A DNA stretch of 64,000 bases from an uncultured virus (IMG/VR IMGVR_UViG_3300017923_000003) (taxonomy: Duplodnaviria; Heunggongvirae; Uroviricota; Caudoviricetes). Below, one piece after another: positions 39,157-49,236 of the stretch (position 1 is the stretch's first letter; every line of letters begins with the position of its first letter). The notes beneath the pieces were generated by a model. It did not search any database and had not been told where the DNA came from. It saw only the letters and a program-made list of their open reading frames with translations. Made by a program: the position numbers and the translations under genes. The stretch lies in the IMG/VR virus record IMGVR_UViG_3300017923_000003, positions 1 to 64,000 of that record. The stretch is one strand, 5' to 3'.

Positions 39157-40809
39157 CTACATTCCTGTTTTATCGAAATGGTTTGTAACATACACATCTG
39201 AGAAGATAATCTGATTAGCTGTAATAAAAATCTTTACAATCTCTAATGCCGCTAATAAAATAACCTTTTCAGATTGGAAAGGATTTGTTATGGTATAAGT
39301 TAATTCCTCATCTTTAACATCATATGTCTTTAGTATGCTCTTTTTATCTTCAGGGTCTAAATGAGTGATCTCTTCTACAATATCATCTGAGACATCTCTT
39401 CTAGACATATCAACAATGACATCAAATAATTTTTTATAGGAATCTTTAATTGCATTTGCGATTTCAGCAATACCTTCATCTTTATATTCAAATGAATTGA
39501 TTGTTTTAATCATTGCTGTGTTCATACCAGACACAATACCTTCTTTAGCATAATTCATAGCCAGTGTGGCATCCATAAACATAGAATAAATCCTTCTAGC
39601 TTCTTCTGGAATATTACCACCAACTTTGATATCAGCAACCTTACTTGTCATTTTATTATATCTATAAGTTGCTTTCTTTCTATCTTCAAGACTACCGTTT
39701 TCCATTTGTCTTTCTATCAAACTAATCCTATCGTTGTATAGTAGGTCATTATTTCGTTTTTTAATCATGAAAGTTGTGCTATATGTCCCCACTTTAATGT
39801 CAGCGACCGATAATTTATTGAAGTTTTCTTTAAATGTATCCATAAAGTCTTCAGCATCGTGTAGATTAAGCACAACAGTACCAAGGTATGCCATGACATC
39901 TCCATAATGGTCTCGTCCATCCATGGTACCACCTCTGTCCACACTTAAAAAGAATACACCCAGATTTTTTTGTTCCATATTCATTTTCTGTAATCTTTGT
40001 TTAATTTTTCTTGTTGCTGTTGCAGAATATTCTGGTGCAATAAACATGAGTTTAGAATTGGTATCAGAAACATAATCTAAGACATCGTATATTTTTTCGA
40101 TTTGTTCTACTGATTCTATTTTTTCTCCAGCCACAAATACTTTACATTCTTTAAGTACGGCATTATTTAAAGCACTACCAATACCAAACATTAAAGAAGA
40201 CCTAATGTCCATACCTTTTGAAACATCAACTTTGATTTTATCAGACCCTTCATTAATAGATGCGACTATGTTCATATCCTTTGGGTCATCAAAAACTTCT
40301 AGTGCTTCTTTAACATAATTGGTTAATTCTTTATCGTTATTTAAAGAAGTGTAAGCTATATTCAAAAACTCTTCTTTATTTTCTGGAACATACTTAATTT
40401 TATCCAAAGAGTCTATTAAAGCATGTCCTAAACCGTTCACATCACCTATAAAATCTTGTGGTGTTTTGCCACGGTAACTTTCTTCAAAGACTTCATTTAA
40501 GTTTTCAAAAAGTGCCTCAGCAAGAAGTACAGCTGTTGTCTTACCATCACCAGAAGTTAATAATGTTTTATTTGTTAAGCTCCTCACCATATTAGTGACC
40601 CAGACTGCAAGTTCACTTTCTGGTTTTAAAGAATTCAGTATACTGTAACCATCCTTAGTCACCTTGTGTTCATCAATAATGATAGAACTGCTCCCGAAAG
40701 GAGAGTAAGATTTAGCTAATATACCACTCATCTCTTTTAGAATCTCACCGATTTTTTCTTTAGTGTCTATTTCGTTTCCTGTTGCATTGAAGTTTTTAAA
40801 TGTACTCAT
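39157..40809 (-). CDS. groEL: Phage GroEL-like chaperonin
   Basis: SYSPFG, VTKDGYSIL, GDGKTTA, IKVGG, GIVSG; 550 aa; no groES in the window. Confidence 0.85.
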   Translation of the reverse strand: MSTFKNFNATGNEIDTKEKIGEILKEMSGILAKSYSPFGSSSIIIDEHKVTKDGYSILNSLKPESELAVWVTNMVRSLTNKTLLTSGDGKTTAVLLAEALFENLNEVFEESYRGKTPQDFIGDVNGLGHALIDSLDKIKYVPENKEEFLNIAYTSLNNDKELTNYVKEALEVFDDPKDMNIVASINEGSDKIKVDVSKGMDIRSSLMFGIGSALNNAVLKECKVFVAGEKIESVEQIEKIYDVLDYVSDTNSKLMFIAPEYSATATRKIKQRLQKMNMEQKNLGVFFLSVDRGGTMDGRDHYGDVMAYLGTVVLNLHDAEDFMDTFKENFNKLSVADIKVGTYSTTFMIKKRNNDLLYNDRISLIERQMENGSLEDRKKATYRYNKMTSKVADIKVGGNIPEEARRIYSMFMDATLAMNYAKEGIVSGMNTAMIKTINSFEYKDEGIAEIANAIKDSYKKLFDVIVDMSRRDVSDDIVEEITHLDPEDKKSILKTYDVKDEELTYTITNPFQSEKVILLAALEIVKIFITANQIIFSDVYVTNHFDKTGM

Positions 40810-40868
40810 TTTATTCCTCCCTTAGTAATTTAATTTTCTGTCTACATTTTTGTTGTACAATATAGTTT

Positions 40869-41705
40869 TTACCAAACTCCGGTTTCTAGTATTCTGTTTG
40901 TGGGGAAATCATCTTTATTTATAAAACCATAATTGGTTGGTAGAAGTATTAATACATTTGAAAAATATTCTTCTAAATATTTTTCAATTATTTCTTTATC
41001 AACTGTTGATATATATATTAAAGCTTCATCTTCTGTTTTCAATTCTTCCGATATATCTTCTTCTAAATCATCTATATATAAGAAATCTAAAACTATATCG
41101 TATTCCAATTCCAAAGTGTTTACTGGTGAGACAATATTTTTATATATATTATATTCCAGTTTGTTTTTAAAAACTATCTTATGTGTTTTTTTAAATTGAT
41201 TGGGAAACGACACCATACCATCGCATACACCGGATGTTATAGTTTTTAATTGTAACGGAAACCCATCATAAATACTAAAGAGGTCCTCTAAAGTAATGAA
41301 GACCTCATCCTCTCTCAATAGTATTTTCTCATGAATTTCATCAGGGTTTTCTATTCCGAGTTTCCCCTTTATATCATTTAATAATTCACTACATTGATCA
41401 TATATTTTTTCTAACCTATCATCACCACTGGCGTAGTCTTTAAATAGTTCTACCAAATCATCATCTTCTGGCAGTTCTATATCAATATCGTTTGGATCAT
41501 GGTCTCTTTTATTTTTTTCTTCTTCTGATAGATTATTAAACTCTTCGATATTTTCTAAAGCTTCAAAAAAATTTTCTATATCTAGCATGAAACTTGTCAA
41601 AGAATAAAGAAGAGTAAATTGTGTAGAAAAAAGTATATCATCAGCAAAAAAATAATACTTTTCTATATTTTCTAAATCATGGATGTTATCAAATTTAGTT
41701 TTCAT
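40869..41705 (-). CDS. Hypothetical acidic protein
   Basis: 278-aa ORF with an RBS. Confidence 0.55.
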   Translation of the reverse strand: MKTKFDNIHDLENIEKYYFFADDILFSTQFTLLYSLTSFMLDIENFFEALENIEEFNNLSEEEKNKRDHDPNDIDIELPEDDDLVELFKDYASGDDRLEKIYDQCSELLNDIKGKLGIENPDEIHEKILLREDEVFITLEDLFSIYDGFPLQLKTITSGVCDGMVSFPNQFKKTHKIVFKNKLEYNIYKNIVSPVNTLELEYDIVLDFLYIDDLEEDISEELKTEDEALIYISTVDKEIIEKYLEEYFSNVLILLPTNYGFINKDDFPTNRILETGVW

Positions 41706-41722
41706 ATATATCCATCTCCAAG

Positions 41723-43198
41723 TTATTTTTCTAATTTTTGATATTCAACTTCATCGAATTCGCTATGAATATATTTTTTTAATTCTTTATAATAAAAATA
41801 ATTTCTATAAAAAGATGTATCAAACATCTTATACCATCTTCCTCTTAATCCCCCCACACGACCGACACGACCTATTAGCTGCACAAATATAGATGCACTC
41901 CTATAGGTTTCCATATCAACCAGTGTTTCTAGGTTTTTAATATCTAATGCTCTACCCATACTAGAAGAGATAGAAATTATTACCGATTTATTTAAAGCTT
42001 CATCTTTTTCTTTTTTATCAACGTCAGAATTATATATCCCAATTATCGAGGGATCGATATTATAATCCTTTATCAATAAACCTTTTATTAATTCGCAGTT
42101 TTCTATTTTACCAGTAAAGAATATATGTTTTCTTTCTGGATTATTTTTTAATTCTTTTTTGATGTGTTTTAAAGGAATATCTAAAAAGCTTTTTAAAACT
42201 TTTTTCTTTTTAATTATATACTGGTGATATTTATCAGGGTCAAAGAAAGGTTCCCACCTTTGTCCAGTATTTTTATATGTGTAACATTTTTTCTTCTCCT
42301 TTTTCTCTGGATCAGATTTCAAAAATACGATATGAGCATCTCTATTGGGTGTTTCATTTGCATATAAATCTTTACCCAATTGGTATACTCTATTAAATGC
42401 GTATTTAAAAACTTGGTTATCGTAATATCCAGATTTAAAAGGTGTAGCTGTTAAATATAAGTTATATCTAAAAGAGGAATGACAATCTATTCTGAACATA
42501 TTTTCTACAGCCAAATCAAACTCATCAAATATCTTTAGGTTAACACCCATAGCTAGAAACCATTGGTTTAATTTTTTATAACCGTTATCTCTTATAAAGT
42601 TTGAGACTGTCCTGTGTGTTGTTATAAACACATCATAGTCATCACCATTTTCAAATAGATAGTGTACCCTGGTTTTACCTCTGGCTATATATATCCTATC
42701 CTCATCTATATGGGTATGCTCTACAAAACCTTTTGCCCACTGTTTACACTGTCTACCGTTTTTAACGAATATAATGGGTTTTCTATTTAGCTTATGGGTT
42801 AGGTAAATGGCAGCAAATGTCTTACCTCTACCAGTTGGCATATCCACAATAGCTTGTGTGTCTCCTCTTTTAAAATTGTCATGAACATTATTGATTATCT
42901 TAGACTGTTTTTTAAATGGGTTATTTTTCATTTTAAAACCAAGTTTATCCCCCACATCTAAAAACCCACCCATTTGGGTTTTATTTGTTTTCAAATATTT
43001 AAAAAGTTCAGACTTACCTATACCTTTTGGTACCGAATAGGCATCTTTTTCTCTATTGTAAAAATACCCCAAAGGTACTTTTTCTCTAGTATGATAGTCT
43101 ATAGTTTCTAAATTCTCTAAAAGATCTTCTATACCTTTATTAGGGTTTATTATTTTATAACTTGCACCATACTCTAATATTTTCATTTCTTTTGACAT
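41723..43198 (-). CDS. SF2 (DExx) helicase
   Basis: PTGRGKT, IFDEFD, LTATP, QLIGRVGR. Confidence 0.9.
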   Translation of the reverse strand: MSKEMKILEYGASYKIINPNKGIEDLLENLETIDYHTREKVPLGYFYNREKDAYSVPKGIGKSELFKYLKTNKTQMGGFLDVGDKLGFKMKNNPFKKQSKIINNVHDNFKRGDTQAIVDMPTGRGKTFAAIYLTHKLNRKPIIFVKNGRQCKQWAKGFVEHTHIDEDRIYIARGKTRVHYLFENGDDYDVFITTHRTVSNFIRDNGYKKLNQWFLAMGVNLKIFDEFDLAVENMFRIDCHSSFRYNLYLTATPFKSGYYDNQVFKYAFNRVYQLGKDLYANETPNRDAHIVFLKSDPEKKEKKKCYTYKNTGQRWEPFFDPDKYHQYIIKKKKVLKSFLDIPLKHIKKELKNNPERKHIFFTGKIENCELIKGLLIKDYNIDPSIIGIYNSDVDKKEKDEALNKSVIISISSSMGRALDIKNLETLVDMETYRSASIFVQLIGRVGRVGGLRGRWYKMFDTSFYRNYFYYKELKKYIHSEFDEVEYQKLEK

Positions 43199-43300
43199 GG
43201 TTTATAATTCACCACCTTCCAGACATTTAAAAGTCTATAGACTTGTTTCAACACCATAATTTTAAATAAAAAAAACAAGGGTTTTACCCCTTGTTTTAAT

Positions 43301-43549
43301 TTACGGTATATCCATAAAGATTTCTACGGACTCTTTAATCTTTTTACTCTTTGATTTTTTGACCCACTTATCATCTTTATTCTTTTTATATATTCTTTTT
43401 ACAGCAGACCAAGCTATAGCGTGTGATTCAGCTTCATCCCCATTATCGTCAAAGGAACTATTGAATGCTGCTATATAGACATCCTGTGCGTGTTTAGGTA
43501 GGTTCTCCTTAACACTGTCTGGTAAATCTTTCTTTTTTTTATACGGCAT
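43301..43549 (-). CDS. chaB: ChaB family protein
   Basis: MPY...DLPDSVKENLPKHAQDVYIAAFNS...AHAIAWSAVK-type signature. Confidence 0.9.
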   Translation of the reverse strand: MPYKKKKDLPDSVKENLPKHAQDVYIAAFNSSFDDNGDEAESHAIAWSAVKRIYKKNKDDKWVKKSKSKKIKESVEIFMDIP

Positions 43550-43568
43550 TTTTTATACCCCCCATTCT

Positions 43569-45392
43569 CTACTGTTTATCTTTTCTTCTACTTTCAAATA
43601 GTATATCGAATTTAGAAGGTTTAGTTTTCTCGTAGTTTCTCAAATCAGAAAGCATAGATTTAAAGAACCCGATATTCAATTTAAGACCGAGTTCTTTAAA
43701 GTTTCTTATCGCTGTCTGCATTGTTAGTATCTCCTCTTTTGGTTCTTCTTTAGAATAATCAGGTCTCTCCTCATTTTGACCCTCTTTTCTAATGATGTTT
43801 CTAATTAAGAGATATGGCACAATTGCTTTTTCCTTTTTCATCAGCTGTTTTAATTCTTTCATTGCCTTTTGTATGTTACCATTGTTTTTATTGAATACCT
43901 TATCCAATTCATGGTATCCAGATGAAACGGGGTTATTTATAATCTCGATATGGATTTTTTCTATATCATCTACTAATCCAGACTCGTAATCTATATTCGG
44001 TTTTTCAGTATAAAATACAGAGTTAGTTTGGAATTCCATTGTGTCACCATTTTTCATTTTGATTTCCATTTTTCTTCTGAATCTGGCTTTCCTTTTACCC
44101 TTATCCTTTATCTTAATCAACCTTATCTCATCGATGTTCTTTTTAAACCCTTCTTTAAAAACCAATTTATTTATATACTTTAAATCGAAATAATCGTGCC
44201 AGTTTTTCTTTCCATTTATTCTGGTTAAAGGTTTCCCATCTTTGTCAAAGAGTTTCGCTACAATATTGTGCTTAGCAGATAGGTGACCCTGAACCTTTGG
44301 TGCAACTTTCTTTTTAGATATAGCAACACCGAAGTTTCTTTCTCCACCATGATAACCTTGAAGATTATCGTAATATAATTTTTCACCGATACAGTAATGA
44401 CAAACACCATCATCACTATTACATGTGTAAGGTTGTCTTAGTAATATTTTTTTACCAATCAAATGTGTGTCCTTTTCTGTTATCAGTTGTGGTTTACCAT
44501 CGACTTGATGGTATAAATCTATAAATCTTTGGAAGTCCTTTTCATCTTCTATCTTCTCTTCTGCAAAATGAATGGTGTCACAACAGTAATCAGGGTCTGG
44601 ATTTAAATAATTTGGTTGTGCCAACATTGTAGAACGCTTATTGAATGTACCAGTTTTTCTTATATCCAGTTTCTGGATTATTAAAGCATTTCTTGCTGAA
44701 TCATTTTCAGCCCAAAAGGAATCTTTATTGGTGAGACCATTGAGCCAATTCTCGTTAATAAGGAAAGGATAGACACTATCTTTATTATTGGGTCTTATAC
44801 CAACACCTACCACTATATCATGAAACTGTGGCTTACGCATAGCAGCTTCAGCAGTAAGGAAGGTATACATAGGATCTATCTTTTCTTTTAAAATAAAATC
44901 TTCAATCTCTTTAGATAACTTCTGCTTTTTTCTCATTATCTCAAAGGCATTCATTTCTTCATTAAAATTATTCCCACTTAAAATTTCTCTCATTCTGTCA
45001 GATTTCTTCATCATTTTTATGAAGTCATATAAAGATATATCAACTGATAATCTAAAATTAAATATCAGTGTATACTCATTAACTCTTTCTTGAACTTCAT
45101 AAATTAAATCTTTGGTTTCATCGACCGTTTTCCCAAGTCTAAAACATTCGTCGATAATTCTCTGTTTGTAATTGGTTAAGTTGCTACTTGAACCAGTTTC
45201 TAAAAATAAGAATTCTTTCACTCTTAATTTTTTGGGTAACACATCAAATACAAGTGCATTCAAACCAGCTCTAGCAATAGTTAATTTTATTTCCTCATTA
45301 TTTAAACTGAACATCTTTTTTTGTTTGTAGTTTTTTATGTTTAATTTTAGATCTCTTACAATCTCTTCTCCATCTTTAACTATATCTAACAT
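43569..45392 (-). CDS. RNA polymerase beta' C-terminal subunit (likely non-virion RNAP)
   Basis: Bridge helix ARNALIIQKLDIRKTGTFNKR, Zn site LRQPYTC...VCHYC, trigger loop QGHLSAKH; early promoter upstream. Start at 45392 or 45404. Confidence 0.85.
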   Translation of the reverse strand: MLDIVKDGEEIVRDLKLNIKNYKQKKMFSLNNEEIKLTIARAGLNALVFDVLPKKLRVKEFLFLETGSSSNLTNYKQRIIDECFRLGKTVDETKDLIYEVQERVNEYTLIFNFRLSVDISLYDFIKMMKKSDRMREILSGNNFNEEMNAFEIMRKKQKLSKEIEDFILKEKIDPMYTFLTAEAAMRKPQFHDIVVGVGIRPNNKDSVYPFLINENWLNGLTNKDSFWAENDSARNALIIQKLDIRKTGTFNKRSTMLAQPNYLNPDPDYCCDTIHFAEEKIEDEKDFQRFIDLYHQVDGKPQLITEKDTHLIGKKILLRQPYTCNSDDGVCHYCIGEKLYYDNLQGYHGGERNFGVAISKKKVAPKVQGHLSAKHNIVAKLFDKDGKPLTRINGKKNWHDYFDLKYINKLVFKEGFKKNIDEIRLIKIKDKGKRKARFRRKMEIKMKNGDTMEFQTNSVFYTEKPNIDYESGLVDDIEKIHIEIINNPVSSGYHELDKVFNKNNGNIQKAMKELKQLMKKEKAIVPYLLIRNIIRKEGQNEERPDYSKEEPKEEILTMQTAIRNFKELGLKLNIGFFKSMLSDLRNYEKTKPSKFDILFESRRKDKQ

Positions 45393-45509
45393 CTTATCCC
45401 TCACCTCATGTTTTTATATTTTCAGACTATTAAATTGTTAACAACAATTATTTTTTATTCATATTAATATCATCTCCTTATTAAAAAATATTTTTTTCTA
45501 TTCGAATAT

Positions 45510-45521
45510 ATAATATATAAT
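45510..45521 (-). promoter_or_regulatory. Early-type promoter motif
   Basis: TTATATATTAT. Confidence 0.65.
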
Positions 45522-45564
45522 CATAAAAAAAAAGCAGGTGGTTTTAAACACCTGCTATATTTTT

Positions 45565-46452
45565 TTATATTTCTTCATCATATGGTAGTATTGAGAATAG
45601 AACTTGGGACTTAGGTTGTAAGTCCATATCGTAATTTGAATCTTGTGCTTGGATATAAATACTATAGTCTTCCATCTCAAATAACTCGTGGTTGATGTTG
45701 TTTATTAACACATCATAGACATATTCTTTTAACTGTGCTATTTCTTTAGGATCCATCACATCTTCTATTTCTTCGTAGTTATCTATTCTCATACCGAGGG
45801 TCATATCGTAATTGAATTTTTCTAATACGATTTCTCTAACAACGAGATCTTCTCTTAAACCTTTATAAATGTTTTCTACTGCGTTGTGAAAATCAATGAA
45901 TGCTATGTCTAAAACATCCATTTTTTCTAGGTCGATATTTTCTTCTTTTTGATTATTGCTTTTGGCAGAAGAAATTATATTACTTATATCCAGTGTATCA
46001 CTCTCGTCATCAGCAGAAACATTATTTTTGTTTACGTCACCTTCTACCATATTCTTTTTTCTATCATAAGCGTCAACTAATTCTTTATTATTCATTGACT
46101 CTATCTCTTCTTTTGAGTATTGACCTTCGAAGAATTCTAGAAGGTTAGTGTTTCTTATTTCTCTAGGTACCATAACACCTGTACCATCTACAACACTTCT
46201 TCCGTCATTAGAATTTCTTTTGGTGCTGGTATTTGTGGTCTGTTTAACTTTTTCTACCCCACCACTTTTATTGAATTTCGCATTTAATAATTCCTGAACT
46301 TCTTTAGGTGTGAAGGGTCTATTACCCAAGTCAACTTTGAAGTTTTCTGAATTTAAAGACCAAAGTTTATTTATTTCCTCAGGTTTGATTTCTGCTTCTT
46401 CAATACTAATTACTTCACCATTAATTTCTAATTTCAAATTGTTTAATTTCAT
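45565..46452 (-). CDS. Hypothetical acidic protein
   Basis: AAGGAGATGG RBS. Confidence 0.6.
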   Translation of the reverse strand: MKLNNLKLEINGEVISIEEAEIKPEEINKLWSLNSENFKVDLGNRPFTPKEVQELLNAKFNKSGGVEKVKQTTNTSTKRNSNDGRSVVDGTGVMVPREIRNTNLLEFFEGQYSKEEIESMNNKELVDAYDRKKNMVEGDVNKNNVSADDESDTLDISNIISSAKSNNQKEENIDLEKMDVLDIAFIDFHNAVENIYKGLREDLVVREIVLEKFNYDMTLGMRIDNYEEIEDVMDPKEIAQLKEYVYDVLINNINHELFEMEDYSIYIQAQDSNYDMDLQPKSQVLFSILPYDEEI

Positions 46453-46472
46453 TTGACCATCTCCTTTTTATG

Positions 46473-46574
46473 TTATCTCCATTTACTAGAATCTCCAAAA
46501 TAACCTTTCTTTATTAAATAGACACAATAAACAAAAGCCATTAAACCAAGAATAATATTTGATTTATCCATCAT
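46473..46574 (-). CDS. 33-aa membrane micropeptide (not in the ORF track)
   Basis: MMDKSNIILGLMAFVYCVYLIKKGYFGDSSKWR, with an AGGAG RBS; fills the intergenic gap. Confidence 0.55.
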   Translation of the reverse strand: MMDKSNIILGLMAFVYCVYLIKKGYFGDSSKWR

Positions 46575-47469
46575 ACATCACACTCCTATTGTGATTTAAT
46601 ACGAGATCACTTTTAATTTCCATGACACCCAACTCCCCCATAAGTTCTTTTTTAAGAGGTGTCTCGTAATCAATAGTTTGAGAACTGAATATCAGTAATC
46701 TCAAAAACTCACTGTAAATGTCTATCACCTCTTTCATATTTTCAGGATCCAAATAGATTAAATTCTTTGCCTCTATAAATGTATCCAAATATTCAGGATG
46801 AATTAACTCATTGATAACATGTGATAAGTTTTCTTTGTTATCGGAGTACCTCCCAGCATATTCATCAATAATGAATTTAAATTCCAAGTTATTAACTTCA
46901 TAATCATCGGGATGATTATAACTTGTCCCGGGATAATTACCAGCTCCCTCTATATAAAAGAACCACTCATTAATTAGTTCTTTTATTCTGGGTAAATATT
47001 TTTTAAAATCTCCCATTTTATAATCGCCCAAATACTCTCCAAATTCTGGGTGGTATAAATAGGCCCATGGAACTCTACCTCTTTTTTTCATTTCAAAGAT
47101 GAACGATTCCAAACCTTTGAAAAATAGATCCCTGTAGACAGCGTGAACCTTACCCAAAAGATCCGATAATAAAAGATTTTTGATTCTCGCTTTTACATCG
47201 GGGTTTTCTAAAGAGGATAGATTTGGCATCAGAGTATTTCTTGGTACATTACCATAATGCTTTATGAATTTATCGTAGTCCGATAAATAACTTACTACAT
47301 TTTCTAAATCTAATTCCTCATGAGTGATAACCGTCTCATTTAATTTATTGTCTAAATACTCAAATGTTATTTCATCATAATTTGTATTGATATAATCAAC
47401 TAAATAATTAACACCCCCTTTCCCTAAATTAACATAAAAGTTTTTCTTTTTAGGCTCCATAAATATCAA
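46564..47469 (-). CDS. Hypothetical protein
   Basis: Early operon ORF. Confidence 0.6.
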   Translation of the reverse strand: MIFMEPKKKNFYVNLGKGGVNYLVDYINTNYDEITFEYLDNKLNETVITHEELDLENVVSYLSDYDKFIKHYGNVPRNTLMPNLSSLENPDVKARIKNLLLSDLLGKVHAVYRDLFFKGLESFIFEMKKRGRVPWAYLYHPEFGEYLGDYKMGDFKKYLPRIKELINEWFFYIEGAGNYPGTSYNHPDDYEVNNLEFKFIIDEYAGRYSDNKENLSHVINELIHPEYLDTFIEAKNLIYLDPENMKEVIDIYSEFLRLLIFSSQTIDYETPLKKELMGELGVMEIKSDLVLNHNRSVMYDG

Positions 47470-47473
47470 CTCC

Positions 47474-47845
47474 TTAAAACTTAAACTTATTTAATTTCTT
47501 TATAAGATATTCTGTTGAAAATCGTACTATCTCCTTTATACTATTTGTGGTTAATATACTTTCTTTATCGTATTCCTCCTTTTTGAATACATCAAATATA
47601 TTTGACCTTTCATCATTTGTGATCATTATGGTATCTAATACTTTCTCTCCCTTTTTAATCTGTATTGAAAAACCATAAAATTTTTTTGATTCACTTTCTA
47701 TATTCACCTCCAGTTTCAATTTATCATCGATTGCTAGTTCTGGGTGTCTAGCTTTATAACTATTAATGTTTTCTAAAACTGTCTCCAAAATCTCCTCTAC
47801 TACTGAATATTTTTTCAGTATCAACATTTTTTCCATCTCCTTCAT
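47474..47845 (-). CDS. Hypothetical early protein
   Basis: Early motif at 47854-47864. Confidence 0.55.
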   Translation of the reverse strand: MKEMEKMLILKKYSVVEEILETVLENINSYKARHPELAIDDKLKLEVNIESESKKFYGFSIQIKKGEKVLDTIMITNDERSNIFDVFKKEEYDKESILTTNSIKEIVRFSTEYLIKKLNKFKF

Positions 47846-47853
47846 TCATTTTA

Positions 47854-47865
47854 ATAATATATAAT
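47854..47865 (-). promoter_or_regulatory. Early-type promoter motif
   Basis: TTATATATTAT. Confidence 0.65.
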
Positions 47866-47957
47866 CGTAAACACATAGCCTCCACATCTTTATGATGTGG
47901 TCTAAATGATTGTTAATGGCAAATAAAAAAAAATGTGGGTTTTACCCCACATGATTT

Positions 47958-48431
47958 TTATACATCTAGCTTATCTAATTTCTCAATTTTTTCTGCTTTC
48001 TCTATAACTTCATTCAAAGTAACAGCTGCATCTTCAGCATAGTCTTCATACAGATTATCAAGCATAGATTTAAATTCACTATACTGTTCTTCAATAACCT
48101 TCACATTTTCATCTCCACGTTTTTGTGCAATTAAAAATGCAGTAAGTTTTAAAAGTTCGATATCATATGTTTTATGTTCTTCATCCTCTTTTGAAACTAA
48201 CCCCTCTATTGTTGGGATTTCAAATTCGGTGTTCTTTTTTACTTTCTTTGAAAGCTGAGCTGTCATTGGTGCACCTTTTTTAATAAGCAATAGAGAAAGA
48301 AGGATATCATCCACACTTTTAAGACTTGTAAAGCCTTTCTCTTTTGCGTCCAGTTGTTTTTCTATTTCATTTGTAGATAGCAATTCCATTATATAATGAC
48401 CTCCTAGATAATTTTTTATCATCGTAAACAA
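47958..48431 (-). CDS. Hypothetical protein, possibly virion
   Basis: ORF divergent from the polymerase gene; true start probably at MELLS after GGAGG. Confidence 0.5.
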   Translation of the reverse strand: MFTMIKNYLGGHYIMELLSTNEIEKQLDAKEKGFTSLKSVDDILLSLLLIKKGAPMTAQLSKKVKKNTEFEIPTIEGLVSKEDEEHKTYDIELLKLTAFLIAQKRGDENVKVIEEQYSEFKSMLDNLYEDYAEDAAVTLNEVIEKAEKIEKLDKLDV

Positions 48432-48467
48432 TTTAATGTGAGCTAAAATATTGTTCTAAGGAGATGA

Positions 48468-48893
48468 TTGTCAATGAGTAGATGGTCAAGAGGGTATTTG
48501 GAATTTGCAAAAAATTTCGAGAATGAAGATGTTTTTAGAGACGCTTGGATAGAGGATGTTTCTAGAAAATTAGAATTAGAAGATGACACAAAATTATACG
48601 GATTATTTAAAGATAAGTTTGTAAATAGAAGCGTAGAATTAATCAATACAGTTCGAGGTAAAAACTATAAATTGGATGCGTTGGATTTTATTGAAGATGT
48701 TTATTCAACCCCTTATCTTATGGTTGAAAATGGCACATTCTTTTTAAACCAAGATATCAAAACACCACCAGTTGTTAGTGGTGAGATGAGATTGTTTGAT
48801 GATAGAGCTGAGATAAAGAAGTTGGGTAATTACTACTTAACAGAAGGTGATGACCCCATACTTGGTAAGTTGTATGATTTAAGACAAAAGGAT
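48468..48893 (+). CDS. Family-B DNA polymerase subunit, exon 1
   Basis: ENGTFF...RAEIKK...LRQKD precedes motif B. Start at 48468 or 48474. Confidence 0.8.
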
Positions 48894-49236
48894 AAAAAGT
48901 GTGTCCTACCATACTGGAAACAGTGTGGTTAAAATTGCCTTAAATGCTGGGAGTTCTTAACGCCCCTGTACCAAAATATGCGGTGAAAACCCATACAAAG
49001 GTGACGAAAGTCAGAAACAAGTTAGGGGATTCTCTATGGTGAAATAAAAACACCACCCAATTAAGGATGGTGCCCTAAGGAGAGTTATAATGGATAATCA
49101 GCAGCCGAACATCTAAAATGACTTTTATATAGGTCATCATGGTGTGGGTTCAGAGACTAGGGTATCTTTTTAGATATAGTACAGCCCTCGAAAGGTTCAC
49201 TAAAAACCCATGTGATTAAATGGAAACAGGCAAATC

